From contig OX597816.1 in assembly GCA_951406725.2 (NCBI GenBank), forward strand, positions 28,272,001 through 28,336,000: 64,000 nucleotides of DNA, read 5' to 3'. The notes beneath the pieces are model-generated. The model made no database searches and was not told the origin of the DNA. It saw only the letters and a program-made list of their open reading frames with translations. Positions 39,472-54,248 of this stretch are shown one piece after another (within the stretch, counting starts at the first letter, position 1; each line of letters starts with the position of its first letter). The position numbers and the translations under genes were made by a program. The stretch is from Octopus vulgaris (taxonomy: Eukaryota).

Positions 39472-39703
39472 ATATACATGTGTGTGTGTGTGTCTGTGTT
39501 TGTCACCCCAACATCGCTTGACAACCGATGTTGGTGCGTTTACGTCCCCATAACTTAGCGGGTCCGCAAAACAGACCGATAGTATAAGTACTAGGCTTAC
39601 AAAGAATACGTCCTGGGGTCGATTTGCTCGACTAAAGGTGGTGCTACAGCATGGCCGCAGTCATATAGCTGAAACAAGTAATAGAGTAAAAGAATAAAAG
39701 AAA
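39255..39703 (+). mobile_element. SINE family A
   Basis: GCGCAGGAGTGGCTGTGTGGTAAG...GGTTCAATCC...GCATGGCCGCAGTC..GAAACAAGTAA tail. Confidence 0.9.
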
Positions 39704-40514
39704 GTTTATTTGTGTGTGTGTGTGTGTATGTAGGTATGTATCTATACTTACATATGTACATAGATGTAATTAGATATTACTCGACAGGTTAGTTGTACGA
39801 ATGGCATATAAGTGAATATCTTTGGAAGAGTTAACCTCTCAGTACAAAATTCAATGAATGTTATTCTTCCAGATTGCAATATATTTAACTTGTTGAGTGT
39901 ACTATTCTCTACGCAAGCGACACATATTCTCGCTTACAAGTCTCCCATTGACTTTGCCGAATGGGAACGTTAGAGGGATAATGCTTAATGCTCGAATATT
40001 TAACATAAATTTCCCTCCTTTATAAATAAAACTTAATAAAGCTTCTTTCAAAGTTTGGGGAATATATCACCTCTTAAGGCGTTTTGCAACATTTTCTTGA
40101 GAGGTTTTGTTAAACCTTGTTTGCGATATTTATGAGAATTGCTTGGAGAATTGCTTGAAGCCTGTTGTTGAGATTAAGCTTTTGCCTTCTATGACCAGCA
40201 TGACATATTACTATTGTATGTTATTAATATTAATTGTTGCTTTCCACTAGTAAACTTATAAAACAGAAATTTAAAATCGAAAAATCATTACACGCACACA
40301 CACATAAATATATATGGGTGTGTGTGTTTGTGTATGCATGCACATACATATGCATACATACAAAGATACTTCACTGTATATGTATTATAAAAATGTAAGA
40401 CAGTATATTGGAAGTAGATGCTCACAACAAACGCGGTTAGCTTAATATCGGGTGACACGCATTTGTTGAGTTCTATATTCCTTAATATTTTCACCATGCA
40501 TTTTTTAAATCCCT

Positions 40515-40924
40515 TCTCCATTACTTGTTTCAATCATTGAACTGTGGCTAGGTTGGAGCAATCGCTTTCAAGGATTTTAGTCGAAAGATTCGACCCCGCT
40601 ACTTATGTTTCAAGCTTGCTACTAATGCAACCGGTCTCTGTGCCATACCGCTATATTATGGGGTCGTGAACCACTGTCAAATGGTGGAAGGAAAGAAGCA
40701 CAAACAGACAGACAGACACGCACACACACAGACACGCACACTCACGCATATATCTATATACGACGGTCTTCTTTCGGTTTCCGTCTACAAAATTCACCCC
40801 AAAGGATTTGGTCGGCCCGGGGCTTTAGTGGAAAACATTTGCCTGAGTTGTCAGTCAGGGGGCCTGAACGTGGAGCTATTTTGGTTAGGAATTAAACTTC
40901 TCACCACAAAGCCTTGACTGCGCC
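40515..40924 (-). mobile_element. SINE family A, diverged
   Basis: TACGACGGTCTTCTTTCGGTTTCCGTCTACAAAATTCACCCCAAAGG.TTTGGTCGGCCCGGGGCT and the other family blocks. Confidence 0.8.
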
Positions 40925-41877
40925 AAAACAAGTTCTCAGCTCCTATTCATATATATTTTACAACGGTTACATTATAAAAAAACAACAACAACAAATACAT
41001 AGATTTATATGTGTGCATGAATGTACATAAACTAATGCAGATGTTTGCCGTATGCATGGCTGTCATTTACGATGTCCTTGACATATACACACTCTTAGGT
41101 AACACTGATAACAGAAAATAAATATTAATCGATATTTCACCATAAGACCCTAGCTAGGAGAGTTCATCGCACCTGATACCCTCAGCTATGAAAAAAAATT
41201 CAAATAAAGAAATGTGTAAATTTCGCTTGCATTATTCAGTAAACTGCACTATGTACCGACGCTGTCTTGCTAATGGGTGGTCATACTAGCGAGTGTAACG
41301 TGATCCGATCCTATGTTTGCCAAACCTGAATGGCAAATGCTTAAATCGTTACAAAAGTCGCTTCCAATATCACCTACGAATTTGATCTGGATTTCTATGC
41401 GTCACATTCAGAAAACATTAAACCGACATGTATCGTTTTAAATGGTGGAGTCTGAAAACATCACCGTCTCGATCGATCGGAATGCTAATATCTGATGTAT
41501 TGTCGACATCCAATCCCCATTTCAGTGTACAACATGTATGTATCTATGTAGATTTCTGCATGTATAGGTATATATTTTCAGGATAAGCAGCAATGGTATT
41601 GTCAAAATTGTATTTTTGAATTAGATACAAGTTTGTTTTTGATGTTAGAAATCTCAACAGCTCTCTGCTATAAAGCACACGTCTTTTATTCGTTTATTAT
41701 TTACATGCTTCAGTCATTAAATTTGTCATAAACTTGTCATGATGTGACATCCTCTTCTGTAGCTGAGGGATATAAAACGACACAGCATAAACAACACTGG
41801 CTCTTTTAGACCGTTGTAAATGCTAACAGAGATATACAAACACAACTTTTCTACACATATAATCGGGATATATATAT

Positions 41878-41957
<80 letters not shown>

Positions 41958-42175
41958 ACATATATACACACATATATATGTATGTATGTATATATATATA
42001 TAGATATAGATATATATACATACATATAAATATATATACATATATATGTATGTATATATATATATACATACATATATATGTATATATAAATACATATATA
42101 TATATATATGTATAATTATACATATATATACATATATATGTATGTATATATACAATCATATATATGTAGGTATAC

Positions 42176-42211
<36 letters not shown>

Positions 42212-42257
42212 GTATGTATATATATACATATATATGTGTGTGTATATATATACACAT

Positions 42258-42292
<35 letters not shown>

Positions 42293-42869
42293 AGACAAGA
42301 TATAAATAATTGTCGTTACATATTTTACCTTTATTAGAATATATGGAACTGTTTCCTATAATCAGAATAGGGGTGTTACTGATATGTTTATTCAACTGCT
42401 TCATCGATCAGTAGAACAATGATAGGAGTGGTACTTGTATGGGTGGGAAAAGGGTTGAGAAAAAGAGAAGGAAAAAGGCACGTGGAATAGAGATAAAGAG
42501 GAAATGGGAGAGAGAAGTTACGATTTGGAAGGGAAGTACTGTTTTGGGTCACGGAAAGAAAGAAGAGAGGAAGGGTCACTCGATAAGCAAGAATATATAT
42601 ATATATATATATATATACATACGTAGGCTTACACATATAGATGCATTTGTAACGTTTGTAGGTGCATATATAAGTTTGTGCATTTGTATATATTCTTTCG
42701 ATGAATACACTAAATAGTGTGTGAGTAGGCAGTGGCTTGCTCACCATGCCTACCAAGAATTGTTGCTGTCTGTGATTAATCAGAATCATTCAATTATTCA
42801 ACACAGACTAAAACGGCCACATTTATAGTTTAGTACCTCTACTTCTCGTAATCTTCAAAATTGAGATTG

Positions 42870-43500
42870 GATTGAACTGTGTGATTGCCCCACTGTTTTT
42901 GTTATCTGAGATGCTGTCATACCCTGTCATATCTTTAGAACATCTTCTAATGTTGTTTACCTTCACTAGAATATAAACTATGACACTGTTTAGACTTTCT
43001 AAACAGGAGTCGAAAATCGAAATACGTGAGTCACTCATCAAGAGTATGCTGTTTGCACCACGGGAGGCTGTGCACTTTGCATACAGTATCCTCACATAGA
43101 CAGTCTAAAAAGTGTTTCTTCTGACGTCTTTGACCCTCTGTATAAACACAGCAAAACTGTTGAGCCATCTAGAAATCCAGAAATAGTTCACAAATTTACT
43201 TGCATGAACCCCAGTATCACAAACAACCCCTCTCCACAGTCAAAATTCACAGACGTATTGCAGAAGTAGCTCGGCTGACATAGAGAATCCGAGAGAATAA
43301 AAATCTAATAATGCATATCAATATTGTAGCGTTGTCAGCTGACTACTTTATGAGCATATACTTTATGAGCATATACTTTAGACAAGAGTGACGTCTCAAT
43401 ACTTTCCATTTAGGCTGCCTGAGACGGATTCTAAACATTAGGTGAACTAAACAAATCATCAACAACTAGGTCCCTCTAACTTATTCCACGTTTTGTTATT
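42870..43500 (+). pseudogene. Old RTE-type LINE RT relic
   Basis: CVIAPLF...VVYLH...LFRLSKQESKIEIRESLIKSMLFA(PR) (LFADD-box equivalent)...FHLGCLRRILNIR*. Confidence 0.7.
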
Positions 43501-43539
43501 GGCAGCTTTTAGAATTTTGCGATATTGAAATATACTACA

Positions 43540-43578
<39 letters not shown>

Positions 43579-43828
43579 TATTAGAATATATATATATATA
43601 TATATTCATAATAGAATATAAGGATAAAATTGATAGTGATTTTTATCAAATAGTCAGCATGCTATAAAAATTTATAGGCAATTTATACATTAAATTAGTT
43701 ATAATCTAAATAAGTATATAATTATATTGAGGATGTAAGGGCGATACCTTAATCTCCAAAATCTCCAGATAGATATATAAGGGGGCCAGTGAAAATAAAA
43801 ATCAAGACCTATCTATATATGCATATAC

Positions 43829-43896
<68 letters not shown>

Positions 43897-43947
43897 AATA
43901 CATCTAAAGAAGTCTGAAATAGGTATAGTCAACCACAATTCATTTGT

Positions 43948-44007
<60 letters not shown>

Positions 44008-44079
44008 ATAAAACGGTAAGATAACAAAAGAAAGAAAGAGACCTCAATATTATGTAAATAGAGGAAATTTATCTATACA

Positions 44080-44305
44080 ATATGTTACATTACTCGGTAG
44101 TCAAGATAAAACTCTGAGTTTCAGATGCCGAAGTGGAAATCCACAACACCATCTCTTCGGTTATCTGGCTATTTGAAAACGTTATGAAAAAATCTTTTTT
44201 CATAACGTTTTCAAATAGCCAGATAACCGAAGAGATGGTGTCGTGATTTCCACTTCGGCATCTGAAACTCAGAGTTTTATCTTGACTACCAGTAATGTAA
44301 CATAT
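44080..44305. repeat. Near-perfect palindrome (~113-bp arms, 2-nt spacer) carrying two HHR motifs
   Basis: Centre GTTATGAAAAAA-TC-TTTTTTCATAAC at 44181-44206. The arms differ by only a few substitutions or indels. Confidence 0.9.
44221..44282 (+). ncRNA. Type I HHR motif (mirror copy at 44104-44166, minus strand)
   Basis: agataa-CCGAAGA-gatg...catc-T-GAAA-ctc-a-gag-TT-ttatct. U4C variant; GUU site after 44276. Confidence 0.65.
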
Positions 44306-44306
44306 A

Positions 44307-44790
<484 letters not shown>

Positions 44791-44797
44791 TATATAC

Positions 44798-44833
<36 letters not shown>

Positions 44834-45157
44834 TTGTGTGTGTGTAAGTTTGAGTCTGTGTATGTGTATGTACGTGTGTTTCTGAGTGCACATACACAAA
44901 TACACAGAAATATGTTAATCGACGTATTTTTTTTAGGTTGCGCCTATCACTGCATACTTGGCTTCGGTGCATTTCTTCATATACAATTTCTTAAAAGCTT
45001 CCCATTCGCTTTTTTGAATTGATTACTTTACCCGTAACTTCTAAATAACACCTGAACGAAAGCTTCACTATTGTTTACCATTTTCCAATTTCAATAATGC
45101 CTCTAGCTTTCTCCCCACACGCACCTGTACACACATACACACAAACACACAGACACA

Positions 45158-45192
<35 letters not shown>

Positions 45193-46624
45193 TTTGACTT
45201 TGTTCTTCCATAATTCTTTAACGAATGCTTTAGTCTTTAATTTCATTTACTTTCGAATTGTTAAGTTTAGGAATAAAATTAAAGTGAAAACGTAGGTAAT
45301 AACATTTTGCTGTCATACATATACCATGCAATTCGTGGTAAATAGAAACGAGCAAATTATTAGAGTTTTGAGAGTAATTCTTCAATAAATACTACTATAG
45401 CTATACCTACCTTACACTTTAAAAAGTTTACATGGTATGATATGAGATTCTGACAGAAGATCTGCAATATATGTACTTAAAGATTGTGGATCTTAAGTGT
45501 TTGAAAAGCGCGCCGAAGTAATCGATGTAATTTCTGAAAAACCTGAATACTGTATGATTTTTACCTACTCTTGATTGATAGTATTATCGCGGCTCTAGGA
45601 AAGGACTAAATACATTTTATAATTCTTAGTCTCTCTCTCTGTCTCTCTCACTCTGTTGCTTTCTCACTGCCCTTATCTTCTCAATGTATTCTTCTGACAA
45701 AATTTTTGTCAGTAGGGATCCAGCGAAGGAGTAAAATCTACTACCATATTAATTTATGAAAAATGCAGACGTAGAGATTTACTTAATCGACTGTTTTAAT
45801 AGGGAGAGCATACTTCAGAAAGAACAAAAATGTGTGCGGTTAATCATTTCAGTTTAATTAATTTAATGAAAACTTCCAACTTTTCAATATTAAATCAATG
45901 TTAATATGATTTAAGTATTTCTGCGGTTGAAACATGTGAAAATGGTGTAAAATATTATGGAGGAGGGGAAACATTTCATCTCTAATTACAAAAGTAAACA
46001 CGATTATTTATCGAAATACTAACATTTTCGATTGAATATAAGCACGATTCTATGAAGTATATGATATCGGTGATTTCAAGAGACTACGGGCGTTTTGGTC
46101 TGTTCTGTTTATGATTTGCGTCTACTTAACGGCACTGTTCCACTTATCAATCGGTTCCTAATATCGATGGATTGCAGAATCATTTTTGCACTCGAACACG
46201 CCAAGGAACACATCTCCTGACTGAAACCCCGTCAAGTTCATCGTCGGATTCAATTTTTCCGGCGTTGATTAATGGAACTCTTCGTATAGTGCTGTCAAAA
46301 TTACTTCCGACAAAATCGCTTGTATTGTGCCGAAGTTAGAAACAATTAATATATGAAGATTAATCATATTTTTACGCTCCGATTTCATAACGCCTTCGCA
46401 GTTTTCATTAAATAATTTGACTTAACCCGAAGCAAAGGCATTATACGACATAATAAATATATAAACACACACAGCTGATCGATTCACGGAGGAGCAACTG
46501 TTCAAAATTAATCACTTATGCGTATTCTAAAGATATACATGTCACTAACACTCGCAGCATCCTCGAGGTATCTTAAGTAAATTTTGACACTTTCATGATC
46601 TTGCTGATGAGGAGTGGATTTCTG

Positions 46625-46872
46625 TCTTTTATCTGTTACTTGTTTCAGTCATTAGATTGCGGCCATGCTGTGGCACCACTTTGAAGTAGTTTTGTTAGTC
46701 GAGAGAATCGACCCCAGTACCTCTGTTTTTTGTTTGTTTGTTTTTGAAGCCTGGTTCTTATTCCATCGATCTGTTTTGCTGAACTGCCGGTTAGGTAAAC
46801 AATAACACCGGTAGTTAACAGGTGGTGGGGTACATAGAGAAACGCATAAATACAGATACACACACATATATG

Positions 46873-46929
<57 letters not shown>

Positions 46930-46938
46930 ATATGTGTG

Positions 46939-46977
<39 letters not shown>

Positions 46978-47040
46978 ATATAAACGTCGCACTTCTCTTA
47001 GTTTCCCTCTACCAATTTCACTCACAAGATTTTGGTCAAC
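46625..47040 (-). mobile_element. SINE family A, diverged and headless
   Basis: TACTTGTTTCAGTCATTAGATTGCGGCCATGCTG...CTACCAATTTCACTCACAAGATTTTGGTC. Confidence 0.75.
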
Positions 47041-48452
47041 ACGATGCTAACATTCCTCAATTTTCAGATAACAATGCATAAAGGAATCTTTCTCGATCCC
47101 TTGATTGTCCCTAAAACTTCACTCTATCATTTTAAAACGAAAAAAAAAAAAAAACAGGTAAATTGTAACTATGGATGCACTATTGTTGAAAATGTGGTGG
47201 TATGCTCAAGGATGATACGTTTCAGACCACTAGTCCCTTTAATCAGAAATAATCTACACTTAAACAGTATGACACGTCCCTGAACCAAGATGGTAAGGAA
47301 GCATCTTTTTGCCACAAGACATCAGCCAAAATTCCGAGGTGGACATGGACACAAACTTTGGAAAGATTAGAAAGATTAGAGTCATAAGATTAGAAATGAA
47401 TGGAAGAGTAACTACGATGTTGACAATGATAGATCCAATTCCACACTGTCTTGAGTTGTATCGGTTTATTCTCGATGCAACCCTACTAGAGAAAGTGTTT
47501 CCTTCTGCATGCATATTCACTAGATGTGTTCGGGTAAACTTTAACTCTATCCATACGCAAACAGCCCTACTGGTTAAAGAGAGAAATTACTAATCCATAT
47601 CAAATGCAAAATACATAAATACTGCTTTCGGGTTCTCTTATGGGGTAATATTGTTACATCTAGCTTTAATGAATAGTGATTTGTTTTTAAACTATATGGC
47701 TTTAAATGGATTTTTCCCGGACGAAAATTTGAAAATCCTCAGCTTCTGGCGTTTAAACAACGCACGTATGTTATTTAAGTGGTACTAATAATTAAAGCTT
47801 ACATTAGAAAGCTGATGCTATTACATGTTGATATTTTATATACATGCATATATACATACATACATACATACATACATGTGAACATGTCTAGATTTGCACC
47901 AAAATACATGAAAATGCATATATAAGACAAAACATACAAGCCTGCAAATGCAGTTACTCCAGTTACTGCACAAATACACACATACATGAAAACCCTGTTG
48001 ATTTTATTGACATTCCAATAAAGAAGCGTTTGGATCTAGGTCAGAAAGCTAGATCCATCCATATATATATAAGCAATCACATACATATCATGTAGGTATA
48101 TTTAAATGCATGTATATGTTTTTGTGTGTATCTATAAATGAAACAGGACCACTGCAGTAGCCTAATCATTAAATTCGACCGCCTAAACTAGTGCACGTAT
48201 ATTAAGGAGTTATATGGATATACGCTTAAACTGTCTGTGAACAAAGAACTTTGTTCATGCAGTAGTTAAGCTCTTGCAGACTATATATCAACTATGTATT
48301 TTTATGAGCATCAATTCTTTTACTACTACTCTCAGTAAGACTCGAATTAATTGATCAACTTTATGCCAATAATCCGTGTAAGTTTTCTCCCATATTTCCT
48401 TCTATCTTAATGGCATATAGACTGACGCGCGGGAACCCCACCCAAACACACA

Positions 48453-48532
<80 letters not shown>

Positions 48533-48989
48533 CGAGAGAGAGAGAGTAACGAAATATAAGCGACAATTTAGTGCTCTCACAATAGAATGCTATACACTTT
48601 TATGGCTAGATTTTAGTTTCCTGAAATACACTAAAATTGTAATAATAACATATTCAAGAGAGCTATCAATGTCATTTTGAAGACATAATTTACGGGTGGT
48701 AAGATTTCACGTTGGAAACAGGACTTGTAGGAATGAGTGAATAATTCCTTTAATGACCATTACTTACTAGACGATCGCAGCTATAATTCGATTATACAGG
48801 AAAAACTATCTGGCATCTGGCTTCTGACAATATAGACGTATTCCTTAATTGAACTTTTTTCTCTCGTTTCTTCTCTCTCTGTATGTATGCCTGCGATCGC
48901 GTGTGCGTTTGTGTATGTGCATGTGTGTGCGTGTGTGTGTGTGTGTGCGCGTGCGTGTGTGGGTGTGTGTATGTAAACTTAGACATAGA

Positions 48990-49129
48990 CGTGACGGTGC
49001 AGCTAGAAACCTGTCCCCTCCCAACCACATGGTTCCGGGTTCAGTTCCACTTCGTGGTTCTGCTATAGCATCGGGCTGACCAATGTGGTGTGAGTGGATT
49101 TCGTAGACGGAAATTATATGAAGCCTGTC

Positions 49130-49132
<3 letters not shown>
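48990..49132 (+). mobile_element. SINE family A, 5' part
   Basis: CAACCACATGGTTCCGGGTTCAGTTCCAC...GTGAGTGGATTTCGTAGACGGAAATT..GAAGCCTGTCG. Confidence 0.75.
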
Positions 49133-49178
<46 letters not shown>

Positions 49179-49208
49179 CATATATATATATATCTGTGCA
49201 TGCCTATA

Positions 49209-49240
<32 letters not shown>

Positions 49241-49539
49241 CGCATATATACACACATAGACATACATGAATACGTAAAACCACTGACACACACAAGTATA
49301 GATTCAATTCTATAGTTTCGAGGTTACACAAACGAGGGGTGTTACCATTAATTATAATTTTTCGGAATCGTATGAATTTTGTAAAGTTTTCTCAATTCCA
49401 TATTACTCTAATCTTCTTTGACGTAGATACGTTTAAATTATTTAATGTATACGTATATGTATATTTTTCTGTGTGCACCCCCCTCCAGTACCACGCACAT
49501 ATACACACAGTTCTATATAATAAGCAGGTTTATAGGCTT

Positions 49540-50660
49540 TAAAAACGCTTATATATTAACAGAAAACATTGTACTTTTATACAAAATAAGAGAAACATAA
49601 AGATAAGTCATCAATTTAATAATTTCATTCAATAAAACAACCATAAACATCCTACGCAGGGTGGAAATCTTTTGCAAGCTCTGATTAATTGGTCCTTATC
49701 CATATCGGACATGGTGCGAATTATGGCGGCTTTAAAAAAAAAGTTGAATATATGGGGATGTTCATTGACATTTTTTTCAATTATGCTTCATCCATAGTCG
49801 TCCAGTGAATTGAGATCTAGAGAATTAGGAGGCCAAATGTTGGGGGTGATGTGATCATGTTAATTGTCGGCCATCCGTTCTTGTGTCATATCAGCCTTCT
49901 GTGATGGTGCAGAAACTCGTTGAAAGACATAAAGACTTCCATTGCATACGGTGTTGATCGACGTCTTAACAACTTTATAAAGAACCTCAACGTAACGCAG
50001 CAGTATTCAGCTTAAGGGCTTGTGTAAAACAGTGACAGGGCAAACAATACCCAAGACCATGACACTTGCAGGAAATTCTGTGTGCATTACACTTGGAACA
50101 TCAGAAGGGTCTACACATAGCCATCTGACGTTTCTTCTATTAGTTTTCTGGTCCTGGTCAAAGTTTGTCTCATCTGAGAAAAACCAAATCTCACCATCTT
50201 CTGATGGATTTTTAAGTTTGTTCAAAAGTTTTTGATCGGATTAAACGGTTTCCTTATTTTTTCCTGAGATGAAGTGACCTCTCCTCATCACGTAAAATTT
50301 ATACCTGATGTCTTAGTGCACAACATTACTGATTGTTTTTTTGCTGACACACGTAATTTTTTTTCAATTGTACTCATTGTTTTTCTTGAATGGTCTTCAA
50401 TGTTTTTCTAAACTTCCATTTTCTTTCTCTAACTCACATCAAAGCTTGTGGACAGAAGATCTTGCAACTTTCAGAAAACTAGAAATTACTAAGTCACTAT
50501 ACTTAGCCTTCAAAACCACAATCACAACGTGCCTTTTAATTTCATTAGTAAACAAAGGGGCTGTCATTATTATTTTCTGAAACAGAAGTTCAATAAAAGT
50601 TAGTCAAATAAAATAATGATTAAAAATCCATGTGTCCCCTAATACCGTCCGCATCCTGTA
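49540..50660 (-). mobile_element. Tc1/mariner superfamily transposon relic (maT/DD37D-like); transposase ~50567-49625, broken
   Basis: Minus strand begins TA-CAGGATGCGGACGGTATTAGGGGACAC (TIR-like). It reads WFFSDETNFDQDQKTNRRNVRWL...VPSVMHTEFPASVMVLGIV, FQRVSAPSQKA...WPPNSLDLNSLD and ends GCFIE*. No second TIR was recognised. Confidence 0.85.
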
Positions 50661-52384
50661 TATAGGAACATGTGTGTGTGTGTATGTGTGTGTGCGTGTT
50701 AAGGCCAAAGCAGCTATAAGATCTTAGCTGCGTTTAATCATTATAACTGTCAATTATTTACTGAAGGGACTTTGCAGTACTAACTTTAGCCATTTGAAAA
50801 AATTAAATGATTTGCTTTAGGGCGATATTTTTTGTTAATGATGTTTCCTGAAATGACTTACAAATTACAATCAAATTTTCCTTGGAGCCCTTAATTTCTA
50901 TGAACAAATGAAGACTTCGCTTTGCACTAAAACTCTTTTATGAAATGTATTAAGAGCGTATTATCGCTTCGCTGTGAGAAAATAACCAAGTACAGCAGAT
51001 TATAGATTTGATAATTAAAGCAACTTAATTAATCTTGATATCTTGTGATGAAAAATACTAGAATCACAGAAAAAAAAGACATCTAATTACTTTCTCTTTC
51101 TTTCTATTTGAGTGGATTAAATCGGCGTGATAACATTCTATTTATTCTTGATTATTTCTTAATATATTCAATTAAAATATATAAAAGATAACACAATAAG
51201 GACACAATTGTACTAACCAAACTAGCACTAAGCTACACTATCATCCTGATTCATATGAGTCACTTAGCACTTTAGGAAAGTTAATTAATATTCGAGCAAG
51301 AAAATATTCCTATCGATAAAACACTGATGATCTGTTTTCTTTCCTTTCTTCCTTTTTTGTTTTTTAGATGATTCAGTTATCCGTACCGCTGACCGCTGAC
51401 GTCCTTACGATGGCAGTTTGACAAATCGCTTGATCATGAATCTCGTACTTACATCATTAAATCAGCTAATTATGGGCTAGGAAATGTCATAAACACGCAT
51501 TACATAATTTTACTGTGGCATGCAAAAATATAGGTCATTTGCTAAGTAAATTAAACAAATAAGTTAATGTGTTCAAGTTATGGTAGACACTCTAGTGCCT
51601 GTAGTGACTTTGTTATTATTTTGGACAAAATAATTTTTAAAGCAAAAATCTATAGTGATAATATATTCAAATGAGACACCAATTTCATTTTAAAGACATA
51701 ATTTTCTGCCGCTTAGATTTAGTTCAGTGACAAAGATCACTGGAAAAAGCGAATGTTTACTTTAAAATTCATTAACTTCTTACAAGATTAGAGAGATATC
51801 CACAGCTGCGATTAATAAATATGTACTACCGATACACGTAGCACCGCTCATGAACTTTCGTTTAATGTTGCCAATAAAAATATGTCTGTAGTAAGATTAT
51901 GAGAGAAACAGCTTTGGTTAGTCTTTAATTATGCTGTTTCTGGAGTGAAGTGGAGTATTGGTAATGGAGATACATATGGTAATTGCATGACATTGCAGAG
52001 ATGTTACATCGATATGTGTCTCAGAGAAGTAGAGAGCGCTTACGAAAAACGTCTCCCTCTCGCTATATATATATTTATATATATACGTGTGTATGTGTAT
52101 TTATGCAAGTGTATGTGTGTGTATGTGTGCGTGTTTGTGTTTACGTATCTGTATATGTAAACACACTTAATGTGCAAATATACATAATATATGGATATAT
52201 CTACATATATACATACACACGTGTGTGTGTGTGTCTGTGTGGTAATTGGAGAGCACGATCCGAAAGATGCTGGTATAGGAAGTTAGCTTCAAGTACGTAC
52301 ACAGCTAGTATATATAACTAAAGGTGGACAGTGTAAGATAAAGAGAGTCTCATAACTCCCGTATGTTATACATTCCGTACCATA

Positions 52385-52800
52385 ATGAATCAATGGCAGC
52401 CACTATACAACTTACTGTTCAGGTTTATACCTGTAATTATTGGGACCCTGAGATATATTATACGCTGCATAAATACCAATCTTGAGGAATTAGGCTTCTC
52501 AAAATCAGAAAGGAGAAAACTGATTCGAAGACAACTGATTCAATCTGGAAATGTAAAAATCTATAATTTACCATTGTTAAATTTATCATTCAGATAAATA
52601 TGAGCATGTCTAGATATGCAAATATATGCATGAGAAGACATATATAAAACAAAACATACGCATACACACACAGATACATGTATACATATACACAATACCC
52701 TGTTGTTGATGTTGTAATTCCAATGAAGGAGCCTTGGATATCGGATAGAAACCGGCTCTTTCTCTATTGGCAAGAAGTCTTGAAATACAACTGAATAATG
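52385..52800 (+). mobile_element. 3' end of an R4/Dong-type LINE with 3' UTR
   Basis: FRFIPVIIGTLRYI...NLEELGFSKSERRKLIRR..IQSGNVKI. The UTR is shared with 3095-3300 (minus strand) and 47875-48052. Confidence 0.65.
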
Positions 52801-52989
52801 ACTGACATTCATACATACATACATACATACATACATACATACATACATACATACATGCATACATACATATGTATATCTATCTATCTATCTATCTATATAT
52901 ATATATACAGGCATATTGTCTCGCACACGCATATGCACAGTTATATGCACAGCACACACACACACATATATGTATATATATATATGTAT

Positions 52990-53048
<59 letters not shown>

Positions 53049-53384
53049 TGTGATTGCTACTCCTAGTCAGAAGAGTGCCAAAATTTCTTTGGATATTGAA
53101 CGATGCATTATGAAAGCGTGTTGATCTTTAACCCTCCTTTTGTGTCTAAAGAACGTTCAAAGAAAAGACATTTGTTATTCTTTTCACTTCAAATGTACCA
53201 CGATGCTTGTGGCAGAATTGCTCGCACAACTTTCCCGATTTCTTCATGGGTCATGTGCTTTTAGATGGCGGACACACCCAGCCCTTCTGAGAAGAAATCC
53301 TCCACATACATTTTTACTTCAATTACTCCTGTGTTTCTGTAGTCACATCTTTACTTGAAAATTAATTCTATGATACTGAACATG

Positions 53385-53600
53385 ATGCCAATGTCTCCTA
53401 GATGACGTTGCCTCCTATGACCTCTTGAATCGGTTTTGTATTGTGTTGAATGCATCGTCTCTCTGGTTGGCTCACGATGAAATATCTGCTTAGGTAATCT
53501 GCATCCTCCCCTCCTGATGTCATGACCATAGAAACCCCTGTGGTTCAAAATTATTTTTCTCAATGCTAGTGCGTCAGATACAGTGTTACTACGCATCACA
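53385..53600 (-). pseudogene. Degenerate RTE-type C-terminal fragment
   Basis: FYGHDIRRGGCRLPKQIFHRE resembles W.GH+.R....RLPKQ+.Y.E. Confidence 0.45.
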
Positions 53601-53909
53601 TCCATAAAGCTTCCTTTACAAACACACACACTCATTACACAAAGTAATTCCAACATTGATTTTTACGTTTTATTTACAAAATTAAAATAATATAAGATAA
53701 AATAATAAAATAAAATTATAGAATATTAAATATCCATTCTGATTGAAATAGAAGGTTCATGCATTAAAGTATGCAATCTTCAAGTTCATGTAGTAGTGGT
53801 GCTAGTCATGTCTTACAATTTACAACTGAGGTACAATATGTGTGGGGTATTTCATTTCTGAAGAATTAGGTATGTCTGCCATCTCGAATCACATGACCTA
53901 TATATATAT

Positions 53910-54050
53910 AGTTTAAATTTACAGAAAACACAAGACGAAGACAGGTGAAAGAACAAAAAGCAGATGATTAACGCTCAGTAAGATTGGAAAAGTTTTTTAA
54001 ATTGTGACCCTATGCTTTTCTACAGAAAGAATTGGGTGGAAAGGAGGAGA
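53910..54050 (-). mobile_element. PLE-like 3' fragment (HHR family A6U), degenerate
   Basis: AGACGAAGACAGGTG...AACGCTCAG...CCCTATGCTTTTCTACAGAAAG is the reverse of the family tail and the CTGTAGA core. Confidence 0.55.
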
Positions 54051-54248
54051 AGGAAAAAAATGTGTCGGGAATAACGGTTAAACATATATATATATATATA
54101 TATATACAATGTTACATAGACGCAAGCATGTGTAAATAAACACACTCACGCACGCACACGTAAACACACACGCACACACGCACACACATTCACACATATA
54201 TGCTCACATATCCCGATTAATTTTTCGGTCGCTGAGAAATAGAGAATT

